A DNA stretch of 21,710 bases from a virus, in IMG/VR virus record IMGVR_UViG_3300047160_003350, positions 1-21,710 of that record; one strand, given 5' to 3'. Within the stretch, counting starts at the first letter, position 1, and each line of letters begins with the position of its first letter. This document shows positions 12,944-21,210 of this stretch, piece after piece. The notes below the pieces were generated by a model. It was not told the DNA's origin, did not search any database, and worked only from the letters and a program-made list of their open reading frames with translations. A program made the position numbers and the translations under genes.

Positions 12944-14961
12944 ACCCTCTGGGCTCGCACGGTCCACGCGGCGCGGCGCATGAACAGGTCGATGTCGACC
13001 TCGGAGGAGAAGTGGGCGTTGTTGATGACCACCGCCGGGCCGCGCGGGACTTTCTCGATGGGGGCGATCACCTCCCCGGCGTGGGCGTAGACCAGGCCGT
13101 CGTTGGTTATCAGGCCGCCCTGCGCCAACGCGGGGATTTTCGGCATGGAGAACCCTTTGTTCCCGAGGCCGGGCACCCATCCGGGGATCTTGAACGACAG
13201 GCTTCCTACCGTCGAATTCCACAGGTCGGCGATCGCTTTGAACGCCAGATGGAACGGCGCGGTGATCAAAGCCTGGATCCCGTTCCAAACGCCGCCCTTG
13301 GCGAAATGGTTGTAGATCGAATCGAACCACCCGATGACCGTGTTGATCGTGCCCTGAATCCACGCCCACGCCGACTTGATCGGATTAGTGATCCACGTGA
13401 AAACGCTCGACCAGGTCCCCTCGAACCATCCGAGGATCCCGGCGAACCATCCGGTGACGGTCCCGATGGTCGAGGCGATCCACGCCCACGCCGAGCGGAT
13501 CGGGGCGGTGATGTACCCGTAAACCGTGTTCCACGTCGAGCGGATCCAGTTCCACACGTCGAGCAGACCCTGATGGATGTACTTCCAGTATTTCCAGATC
13601 AATGCGGCGGCGAGAGCGATCGGGCCGAGCAGGATCCCGACCAGAAGAGGCCAGTTCGCTTTAATCCACACCCACACCGCCTCCACCGCGGCTTTGATGG
13701 CACCCCAGATGGTTTTCCAGTTCCGGTAGATCACATAGCCGATGGCGACCAGGGCGGCGATAGCGGCGATTATCAGCAAGATCGGCCCTAAAGCGGCCCA
13801 CGACGACACCGCCTCGGCGTCCTGGGCGGCGGTGACCGCCTCGGTCGTGGCCTCCTGGGCTTTCTGGGCGTCCCTGAACGCGTCGACGATCCCTTTGGTG
13901 GTCGTGATCGCCCCGCCGAGGCCGGTCATCACGCTACCGGCGGCGGTGATGGCCGGGCCGTACTTCTGGCCGAGCTCGGCGGCCATGTCGTCGAAGTGGG
14001 CGCGCAGGGCGGCGATCTTCCCGCCGAACGTGTCGGCCGACGCCGCCGCCTGACCTTTGAGTTTCGCCGACAGCTGGTCGAGACCGGACACCTGATTTTT
14101 CGCCGAGTTCTTGGCGGCGTCCTGGGCCACGACCAGTTTCTTGTGAGCGGCGATCGCGTCCGCCGACGCGTCGCGGACCTTCAACTGGGCGTCGCGCAGG
14201 CGGATCGCCTCGGCGGTCGTCAGCTTCTTCTTCCCCCGGTCGATCTCCTCGATGTCGACCAGATGCCGTTTCGCTGACGCCAAAGCCTTGTCGGCCGCCT
14301 CGGCCTGGCGGGTGGCGGTTTCGAGGCCCTTCTGCGACGTCCCGGCTTTGGACACCTGAATCCCGAACTCTTTGAGGATCCGGTTGTTACCGCCGTAAAC
14401 CCGGGCGACGTCGGTGGCGGCCTGCGACAGCGACTCGTGGCGGGCCGACGCCAGGTTGGCGGCGGTCGACAGATACTGGAGGGCTTTGGCCGGGTCGTTG
14501 GTGGCGGTCGTCAGGATCCGAAGGGCGTCCTGGGTTTGGTTGGCGGTGTGCCCGAATTTCTCCTGGGCTTTGATCGCCGCCTCGATCTTTCCCTCGTAGT
14601 CGTCGTACGACTTGCCGGTCGCGGCCACCGCGGCCTGCAACTGCTGGTGGGCGGCCTGGTCTTTCGACCCGAGCGCGGTGAGCATCGCCCCGACCGCCGC
14701 GACACCGGCGCCGATCCCCATCATCGCCGGCCCGATGTTCTTTGCTTTCTTCTCGACCCCTTCGAGCGCGCCGTCGACCGTCTCGAGGGCCTCGCCGAAT
14801 GGGCCGAGCACCCCGGTTTTGTTCAGGGTGTTGAGCATCCCCGAGAACGCCTCGTGCATGCCCTTCGCCGCGTTCTTGCCTTTCTCCTGGGCCGACTCGA
14901 ACGACTTGGCGAGCGATTTCAGGTCGCCGAGGACCCGGACTACGACGGTCGGTCCGGCCAC
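12940..14961 (-). CDS. Tape measure protein (673 aa)
   Basis: Long Ala/Lys/Gln-rich helical N-terminal half. Hydrophobic segments: WAALGPILLIIAAIAALVAIGYVIY and WPLLVGILLGPIALAAALIW. Trp-rich repeats such as SAWAWIASTIGTVTGWF and SAWAWIQGTINTVIGWF. Follows the chaperone pair. Confidence 0.9.
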   Translation of the reverse strand: MAGPTVVVRVLGDLKSLAKSFESAQEKGKNAAKGMHEAFSGMLNTLNKTGVLGPFGEALETVDGALEGVEKKAKNIGPAMMGIGAGVAAVGAMLTALGSKDQAAHQQLQAAVAATGKSYDDYEGKIEAAIKAQEKFGHTANQTQDALRILTTATNDPAKALQYLSTAANLASARHESLSQAATDVARVYGGNNRILKEFGIQVSKAGTSQKGLETATRQAEAADKALASAKRHLVDIEEIDRGKKKLTTAEAIRLRDAQLKVRDASADAIAAHKKLVVAQDAAKNSAKNQVSGLDQLSAKLKGQAAASADTFGGKIAALRAHFDDMAAELGQKYGPAITAAGSVMTGLGGAITTTKGIVDAFRDAQKAQEATTEAVTAAQDAEAVSSWAALGPILLIIAAIAALVAIGYVIYRNWKTIWGAIKAAVEAVWVWIKANWPLLVGILLGPIALAAALIWKYWKYIHQGLLDVWNWIRSTWNTVYGYITAPIRSAWAWIASTIGTVTGWFAGILGWFEGTWSSVFTWITNPIKSAWAWIQGTINTVIGWFDSIYNHFAKGGVWNGIQALITAPFHLAFKAIADLWNSTVGSLSFKIPGWVPGLGNKGFSMPKIPALAQGGLITNDGLVYAHAGEVIAPIEKVPRGPAVVINNAHFSSEVDIDLFMRRAAWTVRAQRV

Positions 14962-15176
14962 TACCGCCGTCCGATCCGGGCGTTAGCGCGGGCTATGGCG
15001 TCGGCCTCGATCTGCATGCGGCGGACCATGGCGTCCCACATCTCGTCCGACAGGCCCTCGGCGTCGCCCGGGCTCAGCTTGTAGTAAGCGCAGAAGGCGG
15101 CAAGGCCGTCGAGGACTTGCCGTTGGTAGGGTCCACCTCGATCACCGCCGTCTCCACGTCGTAGGCGTGCATCCAC
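14961..15176 (-). CDS. Tail assembly chaperone -1 frame extension (gpT-like part of a G/GT pair)
   Basis: Frame open from 15176 to TAG 14961 and lying -1 relative to the 15074-15379 gene. ..VLDGLAAFCAYYKLSPGDAEGLSDEMWDAMVRRMQIEADAIARANARIGRR. The shift must occur between 15176 and 15077. Confidence 0.6.
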   Translation of the reverse strand: MDARLRRGDGGDRGGPYQRQVLDGLAAFCAYYKLSPGDAEGLSDEMWDAMVRRMQIEADAIARANARIGRR

Positions 15177-15379
15177 AGCGACGTCGGGTCGCGGTCCGGG
15201 TATTCCCGCAGCAGCCAGCGGAACGCGATGACCCGTGACGACTGCTCTTCGATGAGCTCGCCGAACTTGAGGTCCGGTTCGATCCGGCGCAGCTGGTCGA
15301 CGACGCGCTGCGCCGGGAGGCGGGCGATAAACGACTGGGTTACCGAGATCGTCTCGGGTAGCGGTCCTAGGTCAGTCAT
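15074..15379 (-). CDS. Tail assembly chaperone (gpG-like, 101 aa)
   Basis: ATG 15379 (MTDLGPLPETISVTQSFIARLPAQRVVDQL...). Lies immediately upstream of the TMP with an overlapping -1 frame ORF. Confidence 0.7.
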   Translation of the reverse strand: MTDLGPLPETISVTQSFIARLPAQRVVDQLRRIEPDLKFGELIEEQSSRVIAFRWLLREYPDRDPTSLWMHAYDVETAVIEVDPTNGKSSTALPPSALTTS

Positions 15380-15854
15380 GCGCACTCTCCGGGTCGGCGG
15401 ATGTGTTGGTCCAGTGGTAGTGGTCGAACGCGCGGGCGACGCCGTCCTCGTAGAGGCGTTTGGCGGTCTGGGTGAGGCCGCGCGCCGCGGGGAACAGGAA
15501 ACGGCCGTCCTTGACGAACGCCCGTTCCGAGGTGTGGGGCCGGTGGCGGACACCTCCGAATTCGATCCACCCGGCGTACTCCAGTTTGCCTTTGCGGCCC
15601 ATCCGCACCGCGGCGCCGGTCCGCGACGCGGTGACCCGGATGTCCTGCTCCAGGGTCGGGCCTTTGGCCTCGGCGTGAACCCGGCCGGTGTCGTGCGGTA
15701 CCGTGCCGCGCGCCGCGTCGGCGATCGGCTGCATAGCCACTTTCCCGGCCTGCTGCATCTCTTTGATCAGCGACGACGACCGGTCGTCGCCGGCCGCCTT
15801 CAAATCTTTCATCAGGGCGCGCAGGCCGACCACCTCGACCAGCGGGGCGGCCAT
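15372..15854 (-). CDS. HK97 gp10-family neck/tail-completion protein (160 aa)
   Basis: VPHDTGRVHAEAKG...LEYAGWIEFGG...RFLFPAA matches the recalled gp10-family pattern (DTG ... YA..vEfG ... f..pA). Confidence 0.6.
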   Translation of the reverse strand: MAAPLVEVVGLRALMKDLKAAGDDRSSSLIKEMQQAGKVAMQPIADAARGTVPHDTGRVHAEAKGPTLEQDIRVTASRTGAAVRMGRKGKLEYAGWIEFGGVRHRPHTSERAFVKDGRFLFPAARGLTQTAKRLYEDGVARAFDHYHWTNTSADPESAHD

Positions 15855-15855
15855 G

Positions 15856-16563
15856 TCAGGCTTTGCCGGCCACCCACGCGCTACCGGACCAGTGGGCGGC
15901 GAGCAGGTCGGCGGTGATCACGTACTGGCCGGTCGACCACACTGTCGCCGGGCTGGCGGTGACCCCGGTGAGCGCCGCCAGGTTCGCCGGGCTGCTGGCG
16001 CCCGACGGGGTGAAATAGCCGGGCGCCCCGGCGGTAGCGCCGGTGGCGGCCACCGCGCCGGTGTCGACCGTCGGCGCCGCGGTCAAATTCCAGTCGATCT
16101 GGACCTGGCTCGCGGCGCCGGCGTCGCCGGTCAGCAGGTCGAACGGCTGCGGGATCGCCATCCCCGAGATGATCGGGTTGTTCGACGCCGCGACGCGCGA
16201 CGAGTACGGCCGGGCCTTGAAGTTGACCGCCGTCCCCGACGCGTTGTAAGCGGTGAGCGCGGCGTTGAGGGTGGCGTAGGTCGCGCCCACGTCGAAGGAC
16301 TGGTAGAACGTCACCCGCAGATGCCATTTCGTGACGCCCGGGTAGTCCGTCTCCGAGCAGAAGCTCGTGACCGTCACCGGTTTGTTCTCGGGACTGACTT
16401 CGAGGTGCTGGACCAGGCATCTGAGGTTGACGCCGCCGAGCTCGAAATAGCAGTCGTTCAACACCAGCGGCGTCGCCGTCGGCGGGGTCGGGTCGCCGGC
16501 CGCGGTCAGGTTCACCTCGGGCGGGTCGCCGGGCGGGAGGTCGTCGGTTTCGATAACGGACAT
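15856..16563 (-). CDS. Major tail protein with C-terminal extension (235 aa)
   Basis: GAAGGGA ribosome-binding site. LNDCYFELGGVNLRCLVQHLEVSPENKPVTVTSFCSE...KWHLRVTFYQSF is a tail-tube-like core. Size and position fit. Confidence 0.65.
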   Translation of the reverse strand: MSVIETDDLPPGDPPEVNLTAAGDPTPPTATPLVLNDCYFELGGVNLRCLVQHLEVSPENKPVTVTSFCSETDYPGVTKWHLRVTFYQSFDVGATYATLNAALTAYNASGTAVNFKARPYSSRVAASNNPIISGMAIPQPFDLLTGDAGAASQVQIDWNLTAAPTVDTGAVAATGATAGAPGYFTPSGASSPANLAALTGVTASPATVWSTGQYVITADLLAAHWSGSAWVAGKA

Positions 16564-16580
16564 GGGCTATTCCCTTCGTT

Positions 16581-16964
16581 TCACATGCGGATGTCGAGGA
16601 CGACCTCGACCTGTAACAGGTCGACCCCGGCGATGGTCACGTTGCGCCAGTTGCGTTCGGCCACCGCCACACACGACAGGACCGCCCCGCCCAACGTCGG
16701 GTCGGGGAACGATTGGCGGACCAGGCCGACCAGTCGGGCGGCCTGGTCCTCGCCGTCGGCCGCGGCGACGCAGACGACGGGCAGCTCGGCCATGTCGATC
16801 CCGAAGGCCACCTCGGCGAAACGGACCCCGGCGGGCCGGCCGACAACCACCGCCGGCGGGTTGACCGTCTGCGGCGGCGCCGGGTAAACCCATGTCGTCT
16901 CGCCCAACGTGACCTGCAACGCCTGGGTGACCGCGGCCGCCGCGGACTGGCGGTCCCAGGTCAC
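16581..16964 (-). CDS. Tail terminator/tail-completion-like protein (127 aa)
   Basis: GTG 16964 (GTGA overlap). AVTQALQVTLGETTWVYPAPPQTVNPPAVVVGRP...AELPVVCVAAADGEDQAARLVGLVRQ resembles the DUF3168-type pattern (recalled). Confidence 0.5.
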   Translation of the reverse strand: MTWDRQSAAAAVTQALQVTLGETTWVYPAPPQTVNPPAVVVGRPAGVRFAEVAFGIDMAELPVVCVAAADGEDQAARLVGLVRQSFPDPTLGGAVLSCVAVAERNWRNVTIAGVDLLQVEVVLDIRM

Positions 16965-17443
16965 AGCGACGCCCCGATCTCGTGGCGCATGGGGATCACG
17001 GCCAGGGCCACGTCCGACACGGTGGCCGCCCCGGTCGCCGCGTACTTCAGCTCGATGATCGTGTCGCCGGGATTGACGAACGCCCAGTCGGAGCGTGACA
17101 GGGTCGACCCGACCGGTGATTTGGCGTTGACGTGCAAACGGTCCTCGGTGTTGGTCCCCGCCGCCAGCACCGTCGCCCCGGAGAAATCCAGCGACAGGGC
17201 GACCTCGACGTTGTTGGCGCCGATGTCGACGTAGGCGGTGAGAATGAACAGGCACACCCACGGTCCCGACACGAAACTGAGGGTGGTGGCCAGCGGGGCG
17301 GGCAGACTGGCGTAGGTGGTGATAGCCCCGGTCGTGGCGACCGGTTGGGCGGCAGTGGCCGACCCTTTGAGCGGGGCGTGACGGGCGTGGTCGCTGGTGT
17401 GCTCGCTCGACCAGAAGTGCGGGCCGATGTCGAAGTCGCTCAC
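16961..17443 (-). CDS. Hypothetical beta-rich structural protein (160 aa)
   Basis: GTG 17443 (GTGA overlap with the adaptor gene). Coding-like frame, whereas the competing 310-aa track ORF is Arg-rich shadow. No recognisable motif. Confidence 0.55.
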   Translation of the reverse strand: MSDFDIGPHFWSSEHTSDHARHAPLKGSATAAQPVATTGAITTYASLPAPLATTLSFVSGPWVCLFILTAYVDIGANNVEVALSLDFSGATVLAAGTNTEDRLHVNAKSPVGSTLSRSDWAFVNPGDTIIELKYAATGAATVSDVALAVIPMRHEIGASL

Positions 17444-17820
17444 CCGAACACCACCGGCCCGAGCGACGTGTAAAGCGACTCGATATCGGGGTCGATCCGG
17501 GGGACCCGGACACCGCCCAGGTCCCCCCATGAGATCGTCCCGTCGATCGAGTCGCGGCGCCGGTACAGCCGGGCGGCGTGGATCACGCACGCCTGGTGGC
17601 CGGCGTCGGGCAGGTCGGCGGTGTCGGCCGGGTAGGTCCAGTCGACCGTCGTGGTCGTGGTCCCGTCGCCGTTGTCGACGACCGTGGTCGTCGTGCCGAG
17701 GCGGCGCATCCCGTAGTCGATAGCGGCCGACAAGGCGGTCTGGATCACCGGGTCCTCGACCGCGTCGACCTGCAAGCGCAGGAACGTGCGCACCTCTTTC
17801 AACTGCGGCCAGGCCGACAC
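17440..17820 (-). CDS. Head-tail adaptor/connector (gp6-like, 126 aa)
   Basis: MSAWPQLKEVRTFLRLQVDAVEDPVIQTALSAAIDYGMRRLG is a typical N-terminus for this family. Lies directly after the capsid gene. Confidence 0.7.
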   Translation of the reverse strand: MSAWPQLKEVRTFLRLQVDAVEDPVIQTALSAAIDYGMRRLGTTTTVVDNGDGTTTTTVDWTYPADTADLPDAGHQACVIHAARLYRRRDSIDGTISWGDLGGVRVPRIDPDIESLYTSLGPVVFG

Positions 17821-17832
17821 CGCGCGACCCCG

Positions 17833-19185
17833 CTAGGCGCCCTTGCGCCCGGTGTGGGCCGGTGCCGCCGTTTCCTCCGGGGCCGGGGCCGAAGGATCGA
17901 ACGTCTCCATGGTCGGTATCCCGGTCACCGCGGACAGGTCGAGAGCGATGAACGCGCTAGGGGCGAGGTTGGAGAACGCAACATATCCGCCGTAGGCGAC
18001 CTGCACCCCCAAGATGGTGGGTTCGATCACTGACAGCAGGCCGACCATCTCCTCGTACACCTCGTACAGGCTCGAGGGGCCGACGATGCACGTCTTGGCC
18101 GGGAAAAGCGGGCACACGATCCTCGGGAGGCCGAACAGGTCCCCGGCGAAGGACTCCAGCGAGCTCGTCCCGGGGGCGCCCATCTCGCGTGTCGTGTCGA
18201 CCGGCAACACCACACGTTGGGTGTCGACCAGCGATCCGAGCGCCGCCCACACGTCGAGGCCACACCAGATCCGGTCGGGCATCTGCTGGCCGGCGGTGTA
18301 AGAGTGCATCCCGGCGGTATAGAGCGCTTTCGACCAGTCGGAGAGCGTCGGGGTCGCCGGCAGAGCGGGCGGTTTCGTCCCGGTGGCGGAAGCGGCGAAA
18401 TCGGCGGCGACGGCCGTCTCGACCTGGACCGAGTACACGTTGGCGAGGTCGCGGACGAGAATGTCCCACGCCGAGGGCTGCGTCCAGTCCATGTCCTGGC
18501 GGGAGATGTCGACGGTGCCGCCGTAGGTTTTCTTGGCGAACGTGATCGACGAGATCACCATGTTCTGCGACGCCAGCTGCGTTTTCTCACCGGCCTGCAA
18601 ACCGACGGCGGTGTGCTGAGTGACCTTCGGGCGGGTGAACTGCGTTCCCGGTATCCCGCCCATCCCTTTCGCCCCGCCCAGGCTGGTGACCAGCGGGCGG
18701 CGCGAGTCGAGCAGGCTTATGATCTGGCCGACGATCGGCTGCGGCAGGATGCCTGGGGTGTTCGACGTTTTCTGGTCGGCCACCACCCGGGTCTGCGCGG
18801 CGGCGATCCGGGCCTGGGCGGCCTGGTCGGCGTCGCCGCCCATCAAACCCCGGGCCCGGATCGTGTCGACGAGGTACTCGCCGGGTGTGCGGTACTCCGG
18901 GGTGCGCTCGCCGCCGTCGGCCCGGCGGGGCTGCGCCGGCAGCCGGTCCCGCCCGCCCTGGCCGAGCAGGCCGAGAGATTCGGCGTGTGCGCCGCGCAAG
19001 GCTTCGAACTGCTCCAAAGGCTTGATCTGGGCGTCGAGGGCGGCGATGCGCTCCTGGGCGGACTCCAGCAGGCTTTTCTCGGCGTCGACCAGGTCACGTC
19101 CTTCGACCTGCTCCAGGATGGCGTCGACCGTGGCTACCTGCTGCGCCCGCTCTTCCAGCTTGGCGACGAGAACAGGGTTAGGCAT
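17833..19185 (-). CDS. Major capsid protein, HK97 fold with N-terminal coiled-coil delta domain (450 aa)
   Basis: Strong GGAGG site upstream of ATG 19185. N-terminal KLEERAQQVATVDAILEQ...ERIAALDAQIKPLEQFEAL is scaffold-like. Follows the prohead protease. Confidence 0.9.
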   Translation of the reverse strand: MPNPVLVAKLEERAQQVATVDAILEQVEGRDLVDAEKSLLESAQERIAALDAQIKPLEQFEALRGAHAESLGLLGQGGRDRLPAQPRRADGGERTPEYRTPGEYLVDTIRARGLMGGDADQAAQARIAAAQTRVVADQKTSNTPGILPQPIVGQIISLLDSRRPLVTSLGGAKGMGGIPGTQFTRPKVTQHTAVGLQAGEKTQLASQNMVISSITFAKKTYGGTVDISRQDMDWTQPSAWDILVRDLANVYSVQVETAVAADFAASATGTKPPALPATPTLSDWSKALYTAGMHSYTAGQQMPDRIWCGLDVWAALGSLVDTQRVVLPVDTTREMGAPGTSSLESFAGDLFGLPRIVCPLFPAKTCIVGPSSLYEVYEEMVGLLSVIEPTILGVQVAYGGYVAFSNLAPSAFIALDLSAVTGIPTMETFDPSAPAPEETAAPAHTGRKGA

Positions 19186-19330
19186 GGGGTGTTACCTCCG
19201 CGTTAGTAGGACACTTCGGGACCTCAAAAGGTGCGATCCGAAGGTGCCGACTCCGGTGCCGACTCCGGTACAGGCACAAAGGCTGCGGGCGGACGGCGGG
19301 CGGACGGCGGGCTACGTCGCGGGCTATGGG
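19186..19330. repeat. Non-coding spacer with two tandem repeats and a hairpin upstream of the capsid gene
   Basis: GGTGCCGACTCC x2 at 19243-19266 (plus a partial unit). GCGGGCGGACG x2.5 at 19285-19312. Imperfect hairpin CACTTCGG...CCGAAGGTG at about 19212-19246. Confidence 0.8.
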
Positions 19331-19942
19331 TTAGCCGGAGTGTAGCGTCGCCGCCCATTCCCGCCAGCGATCCAGTTCCGGCGTGGCGATCGGGGTGCGT
19401 TCCCGGGCGTCGGGATCGTAGAGCGTGCGGACCATGGTCACCTCGGCGCCTTCGAACGCCGGGACCGGGGTTACCGACACTTCCAGCAGCCGGGAATTGG
19501 TGCGGACGATCCAGTCGCCGAGGTCGCGGTCGTCGCGCGGTTTGGCGTAATCCCAGTCCTTGCCGAACTCTCCGGGCATGAACCCGACCGACAGGCCGCG
19601 GAGGTCGCCGGATTCGGCCAGGCGGGCGGTCTGCTGCGCTTTCGGTGAGTCGTTGAGGCGCCAAACCCCGTACATCCCCGTCGAGTCGTGGCGCCATTTC
19701 TCGGCCTTGCCGATGAGGTTGTCGAGATTCTGGTGGTCGTGGCCGACCAGCAGCGGCAATTCCGGGGTCCGGGCGGTCGAACGGGAGAACGACCCCTCGG
19801 CGTGCATCTCGTGGAACATGCCGACGTCCTGCCACGTGTTGTACGGCACGGCCCGGCCCTCCAGGTAGCGGTACGGCCGGCCGACGGCCTGGACCTCGCG
19901 TAGCTCGCTGCGGTAGTAGCGGATCTCGGACGGGTCGTTCAT
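19331..19942 (-). CDS. Prohead maturation protease, HK97 family (203 aa)
   Basis: ATG 19942 with an ATGA overlap onto the portal stop. YLEGRAVPYNTWQDV...LPLLVGHDHQNL..IGKA...GLSVGF...LLEVSVTPVPAFEGA. Confidence 0.85.
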   Translation of the reverse strand: MNDPSEIRYYRSELREVQAVGRPYRYLEGRAVPYNTWQDVGMFHEMHAEGSFSRSTARTPELPLLVGHDHQNLDNLIGKAEKWRHDSTGMYGVWRLNDSPKAQQTARLAESGDLRGLSVGFMPGEFGKDWDYAKPRDDRDLGDWIVRTNSRLLEVSVTPVPAFEGAEVTMVRTLYDPDARERTPIATPELDRWREWAATLHSG

Positions 19943-21180
19943 GTTCCCTCGATTCCGGTGTCCTCGCCGGTGTCGGTGGTGTCGTTCCCGGTCGTGGCCA
20001 GCGCGGCGGGGACCGGCGCCGGCGGCGCCGCTTCGGGCGGGTCGGTCGTGGAGAATATCGACGCCAGCGGCACGTTGAGCAGCATCAGGCGGGCCTGCTC
20101 GGGTGTGATCACCCCGGCCGCGACCAGCTGCTGGATCGCCAGCGCAGTCGTCGGGAGATCCTCGGCCAAAAGCTTCGACCGGTCGAACTGGATCGTTTGG
20201 CCGCGGGGGATCCACGCTTTCGACCAGACCTGCTCAAAGTCGACGATCACCGGCTCGATCGACGTGCGCAGGATCTGCTGGTATTGCGGCGCCGCGGTCT
20301 TGTAGGTCATGCCCTGCACCGCCGCGCCGAGCCAGTACGAGTCGAGATTGAACATGTTCGCCACGTCAGTAAGGCTCATTTTCCTGGCCTCGACCAGCTG
20401 GGCGTCCGTCGGCGACCAGGCCAGCGGGATCACCTCGGTGCCGTTGGGGAGGATCGCCGGTTCGCGGACCGGGCCGCCGAACTTCGCCAGCCAGTTGTCT
20501 TTGGCCGCCTCGGCCACGTCCTGGGTGAGGGTGGCCTGCGGGGTGATTATCGCCACGGACGGGACCGCCCCGCCGGCCAGGGCGGACGCCTCGTACTGCT
20601 CTTCCATGGCGATCCGGTCAAGCGAGCACATGTTCTGCTCGACCACCCCGACACCCCTAACCGGGTAGAACCGGTCGGTCCCGCGGGCGACGTGGATCAC
20701 GTCGGGCGGGTCGAGCGTCTCGCCCAGATAGGTGTACATGCGGGAGTTCAGGTTGCCGGGCGTCCACGTGATGTAAACCCAGTTGATCGGCAGGTACTGC
20801 ACGGCCAGCGGCCACCCGTCCGCTCCCCGGGCGGTGACCAGCGAAACGGTATTTCCCGAGAGTAAGTAATCCTCGACCGAGCACGCCACGAACCGGGCGC
20901 GGTTCCAGGTCGGGTCGGGGACCGGGTCGTCGATAAACGACGGGGTCGGCAGCACCTCACCCGAGCGGTAAACCTCGATCGGCATCTGCTTCACCATCCC
21001 GCCGTACAGCTGGATGGCACGTTCGACGGCGGGGATCCTCATCGCCGAGACGGCGTCCCACACGTACGGTCCCGATATCCCGTACGGGAGTGTCGGCGGC
21101 GGGATGAGGTTCCCGCCGTCGCGGCCACCGGCGGCGCGGCGGCCTACCGTCCAGGTCGGTGGCGCGGCGACCAGTGACAC
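19939..21180 (-). CDS. Portal protein, HK97 family (413 aa)
   Basis: ORF track. DAVSAMRIPAVERAIQLYGGMVKQMPIEVY and downstream segments follow the portal pattern. Sits between terL and the protease. GTG 21180 start has no obvious ribosome-binding site. Confidence 0.85.
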   Translation of the reverse strand: MSLVAAPPTWTVGRRAAGGRDGGNLIPPPTLPYGISGPYVWDAVSAMRIPAVERAIQLYGGMVKQMPIEVYRSGEVLPTPSFIDDPVPDPTWNRARFVACSVEDYLLSGNTVSLVTARGADGWPLAVQYLPINWVYITWTPGNLNSRMYTYLGETLDPPDVIHVARGTDRFYPVRGVGVVEQNMCSLDRIAMEEQYEASALAGGAVPSVAIITPQATLTQDVAEAAKDNWLAKFGGPVREPAILPNGTEVIPLAWSPTDAQLVEARKMSLTDVANMFNLDSYWLGAAVQGMTYKTAAPQYQQILRTSIEPVIVDFEQVWSKAWIPRGQTIQFDRSKLLAEDLPTTALAIQQLVAAGVITPEQARLMLLNVPLASIFSTTDPPEAAPPAPVPAALATTGNDTTDTGEDTGIEGT

Positions 21181-21210
21181 GCGCGAAGATTACCGCGCGG
21201 TAAGTGGCGG

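Noticed and set aside
19243-19312. Short tandem repeats as a possible CRISPR array
   Set aside because: The units are 11-12 nt and directly tandem with no spacers, and there are only 2-2.5 copies. This is not CRISPR architecture.
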